A stretch of 62,170 nt of DNA from Pseudobacteriovorax sp. (lineage in GTDB: Bacteria; Bdellovibrionota_B; Oligoflexia; Oligoflexales; Oligoflexaceae): positions 1 to 62,170 of the forward strand of contig JBNKNM010000014.1 of NCBI GenBank assembly GCA_050293845.1, written 5' to 3'. Made by a program: the position numbers and the translations under genes. The notes beneath the pieces were generated by a model. The model saw only the letters and a list, made by a program, of their open reading frames with translations, was not told the DNA's origin and ran no database searches. Every line of letters begins with the position of its first letter. Position 1 is the stretch's first letter. This document shows, piece by piece, positions 10,821 to 19,351 of this stretch.

Positions 10821-11192
10821 TATAACGTAATTCCATCCCCAATTGAAAAATAGGATCTGTCTGTAAATTTCACTATTTCTTTTATTTTTGAACCAGGATT
10901 TTCTTATAAATAAGATATAGTATCACCATCTGTTTGATATCCATAAAGCTTTCCTAGATAACGATCCCCGCAGCTATATAGATAACTATTGCGATGGTCA
11001 GAAGGCTCATACTGTTCAGCCAAGATTATTCCGAGGCGATTGGTAATTTGCATAAGTGAACTATAACTACCAAGAAAAACAGCTCGAGGTTTTAAAGAAT
11101 GCTTTCTCCATGTATCCCAACTGTTTTTGATCCTTAGTTTTATTATGAATTGTTTACATCGTTGCTCTGGGCATTGTTAATATATTTTAAAC

Positions 11193-11222
11193 TGTTGCAG
11201 CTAGGCGGGGCTAGCTGCAGCA
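11193..11222. terminator. Stem-loop downstream of the lipoprotein pair
   Basis: TGTTGCAGCTAG-N6-CTAGCTGCAGCA inverted repeat. Confidence 0.6.
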
Positions 11223-11267
11223 TTAAAAGTGATGCCCTGTGGTGTGGGGATATAGGATAGTAACATC

Positions 11268-11831
11268 CTAAATCGAAGAAACGAATATAGAGTCTATCTC
11301 GAGAGTCTCTAAAAACTTCATGAGCTCAAGGATATTCTTTTTTGCAGATCCTTCATTTGCCAAACGCAATCTTTTCACAGCCAAAGCGGCATCAGAAAAA
11401 GTTGCAACATGACTTGCAACAATTTCCTTCTCCGCAACTTTTTGATTACTTTGGTTCTCGATGATCGTGTACCTGATGCGGGTTGTGACCTTTAAATCAA
11501 GTCCGAAAATAGGCTTATCTACATCTATTAATGCAACCTTAAGACTATACTTTCCCGTCTTATTTGTACTTAAATATCCAAAATTACTAAGGGTATCAGA
11601 GACTGCTTTTTGAAAATTCTCACTCGATATGTCAGAGGCCCACAAAGGATTCGTCTTCTTTCCTCCTTGAACTTCCTTAACTTCAATAGATCCTGCCAGC
11701 TCTTTGTTTGTTTGATATTCTTTGGCATCATTTAGAAACGATGTCATATTTTTTGACTTCGCACCACTTGCACAAGCCTGAAGAAATACAAAGAACGAAA
11801 TAAAGCAAATAGTAGAAATTGTTTTTTTCAT
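11268..11831 (-). CDS. Hypothetical lipoprotein
   Basis: Lipobox LQAC; GAGG RBS; 187 aa. Confidence 0.8.
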   Translation of the reverse strand: MKKTISTICFISFFVFLQACASGAKSKNMTSFLNDAKEYQTNKELAGSIEVKEVQGGKKTNPLWASDISSENFQKAVSDTLSNFGYLSTNKTGKYSLKVALIDVDKPIFGLDLKVTTRIRYTIIENQSNQKVAEKEIVASHVATFSDAALAVKRLRLANEGSAKKNILELMKFLETLEIDSIFVSSI

Positions 11832-11855
11832 GGCTCTTTACCTCAAATTGAAAAG

Positions 11856-12353
11856 TTAATATTGTTGAAACAAAGATGTTTGATGGAAAGAAAGATTTTG
11901 ATTTGTTTTTGGCACAAGCTTGACCTTGATTTGACCGTCACTGGTAAGAAGGTATTGAAAGTCTTTTGAGGGGGATAAGTCGTACATAGCTCCCGTAGCT
12001 GGATCGACTATCAACCAGCCAATGAGACCGCCAAAAACGATGTTCCCCAGAATATAGGAAGCATTGGGACTAGTTATCAACGGAAACGAAAATGGTTGAT
12101 AGCCATTATGGCTAACCTCAACATTATAAGTTTTGCCCCCGAAGTAGCTTCCATCAGATTTCTTCAAGGTTACGTTTATAGGGGATTTTCCTTCTTCGAC
12201 AACAATCCCTCGCTCATCGGTAATAGTAATTATGGCTTCCTCAGGCTCGGAATGAATCGCATACTGCTGGGATTTTTCGCCGATAATGGTCGCACAGGAT
12301 TGAGCAAGGAAAAGAAAGGTGATGAATATCGTTTGCATAAATTGTTTCAACAT
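11856..12353 (-). CDS. Hypothetical lipoprotein (PEGA-like)
   Basis: Lipobox AQSC-ATII; SEPEEA; conserved-looking GNIVFGGLIGWLIVDPATGAMY. Confidence 0.8.
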   Translation of the reverse strand: MLKQFMQTIFITFLFLAQSCATIIGEKSQQYAIHSEPEEAIITITDERGIVVEEGKSPINVTLKKSDGSYFGGKTYNVEVSHNGYQPFSFPLITSPNASYILGNIVFGGLIGWLIVDPATGAMYDLSPSKDFQYLLTSDGQIKVKLVPKTNQNLSFHQTSLFQQY

Positions 12354-12776
12354 AATGGCCGCCCTTTAAGCAATGACTACTAAAATTACACAGCAATAGT
12401 CTTGACAGACTTTGAGTGACGTTAATGGGACGCAAAGGGACCTAAATTATTTCAAAAAAAACTGGATTATGTTTGGCTGGCTTGAAAGCACACAGTTACT
12501 AAGACAATACAAATCTGGAAAGCAATTTTGGCAATTAATTGGCGTTTTCAAAAAGCAAGTGTCGCAAGATTAAACCGTTCAGGAGCGTACTGATGAACCC
12601 ACTTCATCTGTTTGAATTTGCATGGAAATCATTTCAGTATTACTTCATTTGCTGGAAAATACTAGGTTAACCTAGCATTAAATCATTGGTTTTGTACCAA
12701 TGCCATAAAATCAAGTTGCCCGTAAACCAAGTCTGTGGAATAGTGCCCTTTGCTATTTAACTTTCAACGCGAAATT

Positions 12777-13718
12777 ATGACAAATAATACAAATACAACT
12801 GTGGGTTTGGCGCAAGTTTCTCCAATTTGGCTCGATAAAATTGCAACACTTGCTAAGATAAATCAATCTATAAAAATTGCCGCCGATAAACATTGTTCAT
12901 TAGTCGTGTTCAGTGAAGCATTATTACCCGGTTATCCCTTCTGGTTAGATTTTACCAATGGCGCACAATTTAACTCCCCATTCCAAAAATCCCTTTATGC
13001 GCATTATGTTTCTCAATCAGTTGATTTACAAAAAGACGAACTCTCATCGGTATTAGAAACGTGCAAAAAGAATAATATTGCCTGTGTACTCGGCCTCATC
13101 GAAAAATCAAACTCCGGGCATAGTGTTTATTGCTCTCTTGTTTATATTAATCAGTCAGGAGAAATTAAATCCGTTCATCGCAAGCTAATGCCTACTTACG
13201 AAGAAAGACTTGTATGGGCGCAAGGAGACGGCCATGGTTTGGTTACTCATCCACTGGGCCCATTTACAGTGGGAGCTTTGAATTGTTGGGAAAACTGGAT
13301 GCCACTGGCAAGAACCAGCTTGTATGCGCAGGGTGAAGATTTGCATATCGCTATTTGGCCAGGCAGTATCAACAACACACAGGACATTACTCGTTTTATT
13401 GCGAAAGAGTCACGCTCGTATGTGGTGTCTGTTTCGAGCGTATTTAATGCTGAGCAGATCCAACCGATTATTCCTGAACTCGAAACCGTCAAACAAAATG
13501 CTCCAGACATTTTAGCCAATGGTGGCTCATGTGTAGCTAACCCTGATGGCTCCTGGTTACTAGAACCGGTTGTCAATGAAGAAGGAGTCTTTACCGTCGA
13601 AATTGATCATCAACGAGTGAGAGAAGAAAGACAAAATTTTGATCCGTGTGGTCATTATTCTCGCCCCGATGTCACCCAGCTTACCGTTGATAAAACCCGT
13701 CGAAATATTTTAAACTAA
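12777..13718 (+). CDS. Nitrilase / carbon-nitrogen hydrolase
   Basis: Catalytic triad motifs FSEALLPGYP, HRKLMPTYEER and LNCWENWMP; DPCGHYSRPD. Confidence 0.93.
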   Translation: MTNNTNTTVGLAQVSPIWLDKIATLAKINQSIKIAADKHCSLVVFSEALLPGYPFWLDFTNGAQFNSPFQKSLYAHYVSQSVDLQKDELSSVLETCKKNNIACVLGLIEKSNSGHSVYCSLVYINQSGEIKSVHRKLMPTYEERLVWAQGDGHGLVTHPLGPFTVGALNCWENWMPLARTSLYAQGEDLHIAIWPGSINNTQDITRFIAKESRSYVVSVSSVFNAEQIQPIIPELETVKQNAPDILANGGSCVANPDGSWLLEPVVNEEGVFTVEIDHQRVREERQNFDPCGHYSRPDVTQLTVDKTRRNILN

Positions 13719-13795
13719 TCACTTGCGGACAAATCTCGTACTTCAGATCGTTAAAAGTATCTGACACTGCCCTTTAACTTTCATTGATAGACTCC

Positions 13796-14593
13796 TTACT
13801 GCATAAGTTGTTGGCTTAGAATAAAGGCACCCATAAGTAGGACAAAGATCCCGAATCCTTTTTTTAATTTATTGCCGGGAATGTACTTGGCTATTCGAGC
13901 ACCAATTAAAATCCCGACAATGGCTATTGCAGCCGTAGTAACTAAGAAAAGCCAGTCGATTTGCAGTTGTCCTAAATCTCCAGTAAATCCTAGTAGAGAT
14001 TTGACCGTTATAATCATTAATGAAGTGCCTACAGCTTCTTTCATAGGCAACTTAGCTAGCAGAACTAATGCTGGAATAATTAAGAAGCCTCCGCCAGCAC
14101 CCACAAACCCAGTGACGGCTCCTACTAATAGCCCCTCCAGCATGATAACTGGAATGTTCAATTGCTGTTTTATTGTGACGCTTTCTGAGTCATTACTATC
14201 TTTGGGGCTTCGAATCATCGAGTAAGACGCAATCAGCATGATTGCTGCGAAAACAGACATAATCATCTGATCCTTACTAAACTCAAGACTAAAAGCTTCA
14301 ATTGTTTCGGGTATGGAAGGCATCAGGAATCGCCTTACTAAAAAAACGCCCAGAAAGGCTGGAGCTGCGAAAATCGCACCCACCTTATAATTGACTAAAC
14401 CTTGCTTCGCATACTGAGCGGCACCTACAGCTGCTGAGAGGCCCACTAAAAAGAGAGAGTAACTGGTAGACAAGTCTGCAGGTAAAGAGAAGAGATACAC
14501 AAAAGCTGGTACGGTTAAGATAGATCCACCTCCACCTACCACTGATAGTGTTATACCAACAAAAAGAATCGCAATATAAGCTAGTACTTCCAT
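13796..14593 (-). CDS. Sulfite exporter TauE/SafE family protein
   Basis: Duplicated GGGGSILTVP and GAGGGFLIIP motifs; multiple TM helices. Confidence 0.92.
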   Translation of the reverse strand: MEVLAYIAILFVGITLSVVGGGGSILTVPAFVYLFSLPADLSTSYSLFLVGLSAAVGAAQYAKQGLVNYKVGAIFAAPAFLGVFLVRRFLMPSIPETIEAFSLEFSKDQMIMSVFAAIMLIASYSMIRSPKDSNDSESVTIKQQLNIPVIMLEGLLVGAVTGFVGAGGGFLIIPALVLLAKLPMKEAVGTSLMIITVKSLLGFTGDLGQLQIDWLFLVTTAAIAIVGILIGARIAKYIPGNKLKKGFGIFVLLMGAFILSQQLMQ

Positions 14594-14617
14594 TTAACAC
14601 CTCCTTGCCCTCTCTAC

Positions 14618-14634
14618 TCCAAGATTAGTGCCAA
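14618..14634 (-). promoter_or_regulatory. Possible sigma54 (-24/-12) promoter of tauE
   Basis: TTGGCAC-TAATC-TTGGA versus consensus TGGCAC-N5-TTGC, about 25 nt upstream of the ATG. The -12 GC is GG here. Confidence 0.45.
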
Positions 14635-14797
14635 ATGGTATCTATCTAATATCACAAGTAAATGCTGTCCGAAAAATAATTTCATGTTTCAAAAACGTTT
14701 AATAATGTTAAATCATATATGATAACTGAATAAATTTAAGATGAGGCCAATTAAATTTAAGTTACTAGAATTTATTGATTTTTAATTTAGGTGGATT

Positions 14798-14814
14798 TTG
14801 GTACGGAATGTGAA
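14798..14814 (+). promoter_or_regulatory. Possible sigma54 promoter of the yeeE pair
   Basis: TTGGTAC-GGAAT-GTGAA about 40 nt upstream of the ATG. The -12 element is imperfect. Confidence 0.3.
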
Positions 14815-14855
14815 GTAATTACACGGAAGCAAATCCATAGTTAGGGAGGCAAACT

Positions 14856-15257
14856 ATGAATGAATATGTAATGGCTCTTTTGGGGGGTGGGTTGATTGGA
14901 CTCTCTGCGTCGTTATTGCTGCTATTTAAAGGAAGGATTTTCGGAGTATCAGGGATTCTAGCAGTCCTTGTTGCTCCTAATAAGGTAGACTTACCATGGA
15001 AGACGAGCATTATTCTCGGTCTAATCATTGGTGGGGCCATTGTGCTGCAATTTCTTCCATCCTCAATGCCGCAATCAGAGATGGATCTTACCAAGGTTAT
15101 TCCTGCAGGGCTCCTTGTTGGATTAGGGACTCAGTTAGGAAGTGGCTGTACGAGCGGTCATGGCATCTGTGGGTTGAGCCGGTTATCAGTTAGATCACTC
15201 ATCGCAACTTTAAGCTTTATGGCAGCGGGCATCTTAACTGCTTCCCTTTTCAACTAA
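14856..15257 (+). CDS. YeeE/YedE sulfur-compound transporter, half 1
   Basis: GRIFGVSG and [12 protein letters not shown] motifs. Confidence 0.92.
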   Translation: MNEYVMALLGGGLIGLSASLLLLFKGRIFGVSGILAVLVAPNKVDLPWKTSIILGLIIGGAIVLQFLPSSMPQSEMDLTKVIPAGLLVGLGTQLGSGCTSGHGICGLSRLSVRSLIATLSFMAAGILTASLFN

Positions 15258-15267
15258 GGAGTTTGTA

Positions 15268-15699
15268 ATGAAATTAGTCGTAGCTTTCGCAAGCGCTGTA
15301 TTATTTGCTTTGGGACTTGGGGTCTCAGGAATGACTAACCCTGACAATATAATTGGCTTTTTGGATATATTTGGTGACTGGCGCCCCGCTCTAATGCTTG
15401 TCATGGTTGGTGCCATTGTGGTCCATATGGTCAGTTACAGATTGATCGTTAAAAGGTCAACGCCACTACTACACACAGCGTTTCACCTTCCGACAAGGAA
15501 AGATGTTGATAAAGAACTTGTCATCGGATCACTACTTTTCGGAGTAGGGTGGGGGTTAGGTGGGTTTTGTCCTGGTCCAGCTTTAGCATCCTTAGCATCT
15601 GCCCAAAGCTCAGTATTCTACTTTGTTGGTTCCATGCTTGTCGGAATAGCTATTTATCACTATATGATAAAGCCAGTACTATTAAGAAGTGCAAAATAA
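15268..15699 (+). CDS. YeeE/YedE sulfur-compound transporter, half 2
   Basis: SGMTNP..IGFLD..GDW and FGVGWGLGGFCPGP motifs. Confidence 0.92.
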   Translation: MKLVVAFASAVLFALGLGVSGMTNPDNIIGFLDIFGDWRPALMLVMVGAIVVHMVSYRLIVKRSTPLLHTAFHLPTRKDVDKELVIGSLLFGVGWGLGGFCPGPALASLASAQSSVFYFVGSMLVGIAIYHYMIKPVLLRSAK

Positions 15700-16019
15700 A
15701 GGTACTAGAATTTTATGATGAAGCCACTTATACGCTGACATATTTAGGGGCCCTTCGCAAAGTTTTATCAAGCTACAGCGATAGCCTCTAGTGGACCCCC
15801 AAATTTTAGCCCCCCTTCCTTGGCCTTTTTATTCGCCTTGAAAGGGTTGGCACACCCCCTCTTATTACAATCATGTTTAGCTTTGCATTTGGTTGAAGAA
15901 CTTTCTTTTATCCATATAACTTGTCAATAACTGGCTAATATGCCGTATCCCTACAGGCGTATTCGCTTAATTATCTTAGCTAAAGATAGGAACATGGCGT
16001 CCGAAGATATAAACGACCC

Positions 16020-16048
16020 TTGACGTACGATAAATGTCGTAATAATAT
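16020..16048 (+). promoter_or_regulatory. sigma70 promoter with a palindromic BlaI-type operator in the spacer
   Basis: TTGACG-17 nt-TAATAT. The spacer holds the inverted repeat TACGA-TAAATG-TCGTA (16026-16041). Confidence 0.7.
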
Positions 16049-16076
16049 AGATAGCAGAGTTAATAATGGAGCAGCG

Positions 16077-16466
16077 ATGGAATCTCAGATTAAAGTTACA
16101 GACTTAGAATTAACAATCCTTCAAAGGATATGGGTTGCGCATGACGATGCGACGGTTCAAGCCATTGTCGATAGTTGGGAAGATACGCCAAAGCCTGGAT
16201 ACACCACCATCCTAAAGACACTGCAAAAAATGGAGAAGAAAGGAATCGTGGGTCATAGGCAAGATGGCAGGAAATATTACTACCACTCACAGGTGTCGAG
16301 AGATCAAGTAACTCGTACTCGACTTGGCACATTAATCGAAAGAGTCTTTTCGGGAGATAAAATTTCTTTCGCGGAGCACTTCATAAATTCGAGTCAGTTT
16401 AGTCCAGATGAACTTGCTGATCTAAAAAAACTGATCGCAGACAAAGAGAGGGAAGAAAAGCGATGA
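16077..16466 (+). CDS. BlaI/MecI/CopY family repressor
   Basis: ELTILQRIW, YTTILKTLQKMEKKG and GRKYYY winged HTH; LIERVFSG. Likely start ATG 16077. Confidence 0.92.
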   Translation: MESQIKVTDLELTILQRIWVAHDDATVQAIVDSWEDTPKPGYTTILKTLQKMEKKGIVGHRQDGRKYYYHSQVSRDQVTRTRLGTLIERVFSGDKISFAEHFINSSQFSPDELADLKKLIADKEREEKR

Positions 16467-18022
16467 TTCAAGAATTTTTATCTACCAGTTATGCTAGTTA
16501 TCTCATTTCTCAAATGGCTCTGATTCCGATCATCTTGCTTTACTTTGTTTTAAGAGTGGATTCAACAAATCCGAATTTTATTCATCGCATTCATAAATCT
16601 ATCGTCGGGCTTACTTATGCCATACCAGTAATGCTCGTTAGTTTTACGTTCTGGCAGAACACTAATCGGGCTTCGTTAAAAGCAAGTTGGAATACTCCTT
16701 CAGAGCCAGCAGGTTATGTAGAATCAGTTCCTCATCTCGTAGCTCAACTACCAGTAGTGCCATCCGGGGAAATGGATTCTTATCCACTGATTTCAGATTT
16801 AATCTTTTATTTTGCCGATCTTGTAACTCTATTCTCGATTTTAGGTCTAATGGTTTTCGCAATCAGATGGGTGTTACAGTTATATACTCGCCGTCAATAT
16901 ATTAGGTCTGGTCAAGTTGATACTTTCGCGAATAACATTAAGTTAGTGACCTCTGATTCTGTTGCTGTGCCTTTTGTTGTCGGCATCTGGGATCATCAGA
17001 TTTTCATCCCTGCGGGAATGGATGAAGAGTCTAGAGAAATCGTTATAGCCCACGAACAGAATCACATTAAACACAACCATCAGTACTGGTCGTTTGCTGA
17101 AAGTTTTCTCCGCCATCTGTTTTGGTTCAACCCTATTGTCTTTTTGCTTAGCAAAAGGGGAATTCTTTTGCGAGAATTGGAGTGCGACAAGGCGACTATT
17201 AAGCAAGTTGATAAATTTGCTTATAGCAAAGCACTGCTTAGCTCTGCAGAGAAAATAGCAAACTACAATCAGCACATGATGGCACATAGCTGGGTCGATA
17301 AAAAAATCCTGAAAAAGAGGATCGATTATATTCTCGGCAAACTTAATCCGAAAACGTCAATGATAACAAAGGTAGCACTTGCTTTTGGTGTAGTCGTTGC
17401 AGTGAGCACAGTTGTGGCTATAGGAAACGTTAATGATGAACTGTTGGAAACTGAACTGCTATCAAGAATAAATGCTGAAACTCAACAACTAGCAAACCAA
17501 CGACCCCTTGTTGATATGAAAGCTGTACCATCTCACTTAATTAAATGTCTCTTGATCCATCAAGATCAAGGTTTTTACGATCACCAAGGAGTTAGCAGTA
17601 GGGGCATCGCAAGAGCTTTGTTTCATAACTTTGGTTCGCTTACCACTGGAGGAAAGTTCTTAATTCTTGGTGGATCGACCATGACTCAACAACTGGCAAA
17701 ATCATTCCTTTCTAACAAAGAGAAGACCTTAAATCGAAAACTTAAAGAGCTAAAAATTGCTCATGTTCTCGAAGTTAATTTTTCAAAGCAGCAGCTTATC
17801 GAAATGTATCTGAACAGGGCTTACTTTGGCAGCGGAGCTTGGGGGCTAGTAGAAGCTTCGAAAAAATATTTTAACAGAGAATACCATATGCTAACACTCA
17901 ATGAGTCGGCGATGCTTGTGCCATTCCTGGATGCGCCTGATAAGTACAATCTAATCAAAAACAAGCAGCTTGCAGTTAATCGTCAAAATAACCTTCTGGA
18001 GCGCTTAGGAGGAGGAAGCTAA
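16463..18022 (+). CDS. BlaR1-like M56 peptidase fused to a C-terminal GT51 transglycosylase-like domain
   Basis: TM helices; M56 motifs HEQNH, WFNP and ELECD; a further TM; GT51 motifs QDxxFxxHxG, GGSTMTQQLAK, RKLKE and MYLN. ATGA overlap with blaI. Confidence 0.88.
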   Translation: MIQEFLSTSYASYLISQMALIPIILLYFVLRVDSTNPNFIHRIHKSIVGLTYAIPVMLVSFTFWQNTNRASLKASWNTPSEPAGYVESVPHLVAQLPVVPSGEMDSYPLISDLIFYFADLVTLFSILGLMVFAIRWVLQLYTRRQYIRSGQVDTFANNIKLVTSDSVAVPFVVGIWDHQIFIPAGMDEESREIVIAHEQNHIKHNHQYWSFAESFLRHLFWFNPIVFLLSKRGILLRELECDKATIKQVDKFAYSKALLSSAEKIANYNQHMMAHSWVDKKILKKRIDYILGKLNPKTSMITKVALAFGVVVAVSTVVAIGNVNDELLETELLSRINAETQQLANQRPLVDMKAVPSHLIKCLLIHQDQGFYDHQGVSSRGIARALFHNFGSLTTGGKFLILGGSTMTQQLAKSFLSNKEKTLNRKLKELKIAHVLEVNFSKQQLIEMYLNRAYFGSGAWGLVEASKKYFNREYHMLTLNESAMLVPFLDAPDKYNLIKNKQLAVNRQNNLLERLGGGS

Positions 18023-18089
18023 ATATCAGAAGGAAAAATGGTAGAACCGACAATGATCAAGTATCTGCAAAGTGGTGGCCGTACAGGTA

Positions 18090-18110
18090 GATCGGACGGA
18101 GAGTCCGATC
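18090..18110. terminator. Hairpin between convergent blaR-like gene and asd
   Basis: GATCGGAC-N5-GTCCGATC perfect 8-bp stem. Confidence 0.6.
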
Positions 18111-18118
18111 CTTTAAAC

Positions 18119-19201
18119 TCACTTCTTCAAGCCTTGAATCACACCCTGCTGGCATAAATACTCGGCCACTAGAATAGCGCCTTTGGCAGCTCCCGCCTTC
18201 GTATTATGGGACAGTAGCACGTACTTAATACCGTTCAATACCTTTTCATCGCGAATACGTCCAATATGAGTGCTCATACCCGCATCCTTATCGCGGTCGA
18301 TGCGCGGCTGAGGATGGAAGGGGTCTTTATGAACCGTAAAAAAGTTTTCAGGTGCTGAAGGCAAACCTTCTAAAGCGCTGTTAAAATTTTCGTAGGCTTT
18401 TGTCGCTGCTGCAGTGGTGACTTCCTTTTCAGTGGCGACAAAAACTGTTTCCGTATGGCCGTCGGTAACAGGTACCCGGGTGCAGGTGCAGCTGACGCCG
18501 AAGTTTGCGGCGTTCACAGAACTTCCTTGTAAGGAACCCAGAATTTTTTGGCTTTCCTGCTCGACCTTGGCCTCTTCACCAGGAATATAGGGGACAAGAT
18601 TATCGATCATATCGAGAGATAATACGCCTCCGTTGCGACCAGCCCCTGAGGTGGCCTGTAATGATGTCATGATAACCCCTTTAACACCAAACTCTTGGTG
18701 AAGGGGAGCGAGGGAGCAGGCTAGGCCATAGGTGGTGCAATTAGGAATGGGAACCACAAAGCCCTTCCAGCCGCGATTTTTCTGCTGCTCGGCGATAAGC
18801 GTGTGGTGATTTGAATTGACGCCGGGAATCAGTAGCGGCACATCCGTTTCCATGCGGAAGGCGCTGGCTGTAGATATGGTGGGGGTGTGTTGGGCAAATA
18901 GCGGTTCCAGCTCACGCGCGGCATCGGATTCAACGGCTGTAAAGATAATATCAAAATCTTTGGGGTTTAAATCTGCAGCTAAAGTGACGTCCATTTGTTT
19001 GAACTGTTGGGGTATCTCTTCGTTCTGCCACCAATTGATTTGTCCCGATGGGGTCTTGATAGCATCTTCATACTTCTTACCCGCTGATCGAGGCGAGCCG
19101 GCGAGAGCTTTAACCGTAAACCAAGGATGATTGTCGAGGGCTGTGAGAAATTGTTGGCCAGCGATCCCGGTGGCTCCAACTACCGCTACATTGAGTTTCA
19201 T
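18119..19201 (-). CDS. asd: Aspartate-semialdehyde dehydrogenase
   Basis: GATG, PNCTT (catalytic Cys), QATSGAG, CTRVPVTDGH and SHNT..GAA motifs. Confidence 0.95.
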   Translation of the reverse strand: MKLNVAVVGATGIAGQQFLTALDNHPWFTVKALAGSPRSAGKKYEDAIKTPSGQINWWQNEEIPQQFKQMDVTLAADLNPKDFDIIFTAVESDAARELEPLFAQHTPTISTASAFRMETDVPLLIPGVNSNHHTLIAEQQKNRGWKGFVVPIPNCTTYGLACSLAPLHQEFGVKGVIMTSLQATSGAGRNGGVLSLDMIDNLVPYIPGEEAKVEQESQKILGSLQGSSVNAANFGVSCTCTRVPVTDGHTETVFVATEKEVTTAAATKAYENFNSALEGLPSAPENFFTVHKDPFHPQPRIDRDKDAGMSTHIGRIRDEKVLNGIKYVLLSHNTKAGAAKGAILVAEYLCQQGVIQGLKK

Positions 19202-19351
19202 ACGAAGTTTCCTTTACTCCAAATCAAGTTCAGTCAGTTTGCTATTTCGTTCCCTAGCATGGTTTGACAATTTGATCCACAGAGTAAATATATGTCAATA
19301 AAGCTTACTAACTAAAGAGGAATGATGTTACCGAAACTATGCCAGAAGTTT

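Noticed and set aside
15790..15860. C-rich stretch resembling an IS terminal repeat or the IscB left end
   Set aside because: Only about 12 nt of similarity, with no partner repeat or transposase.
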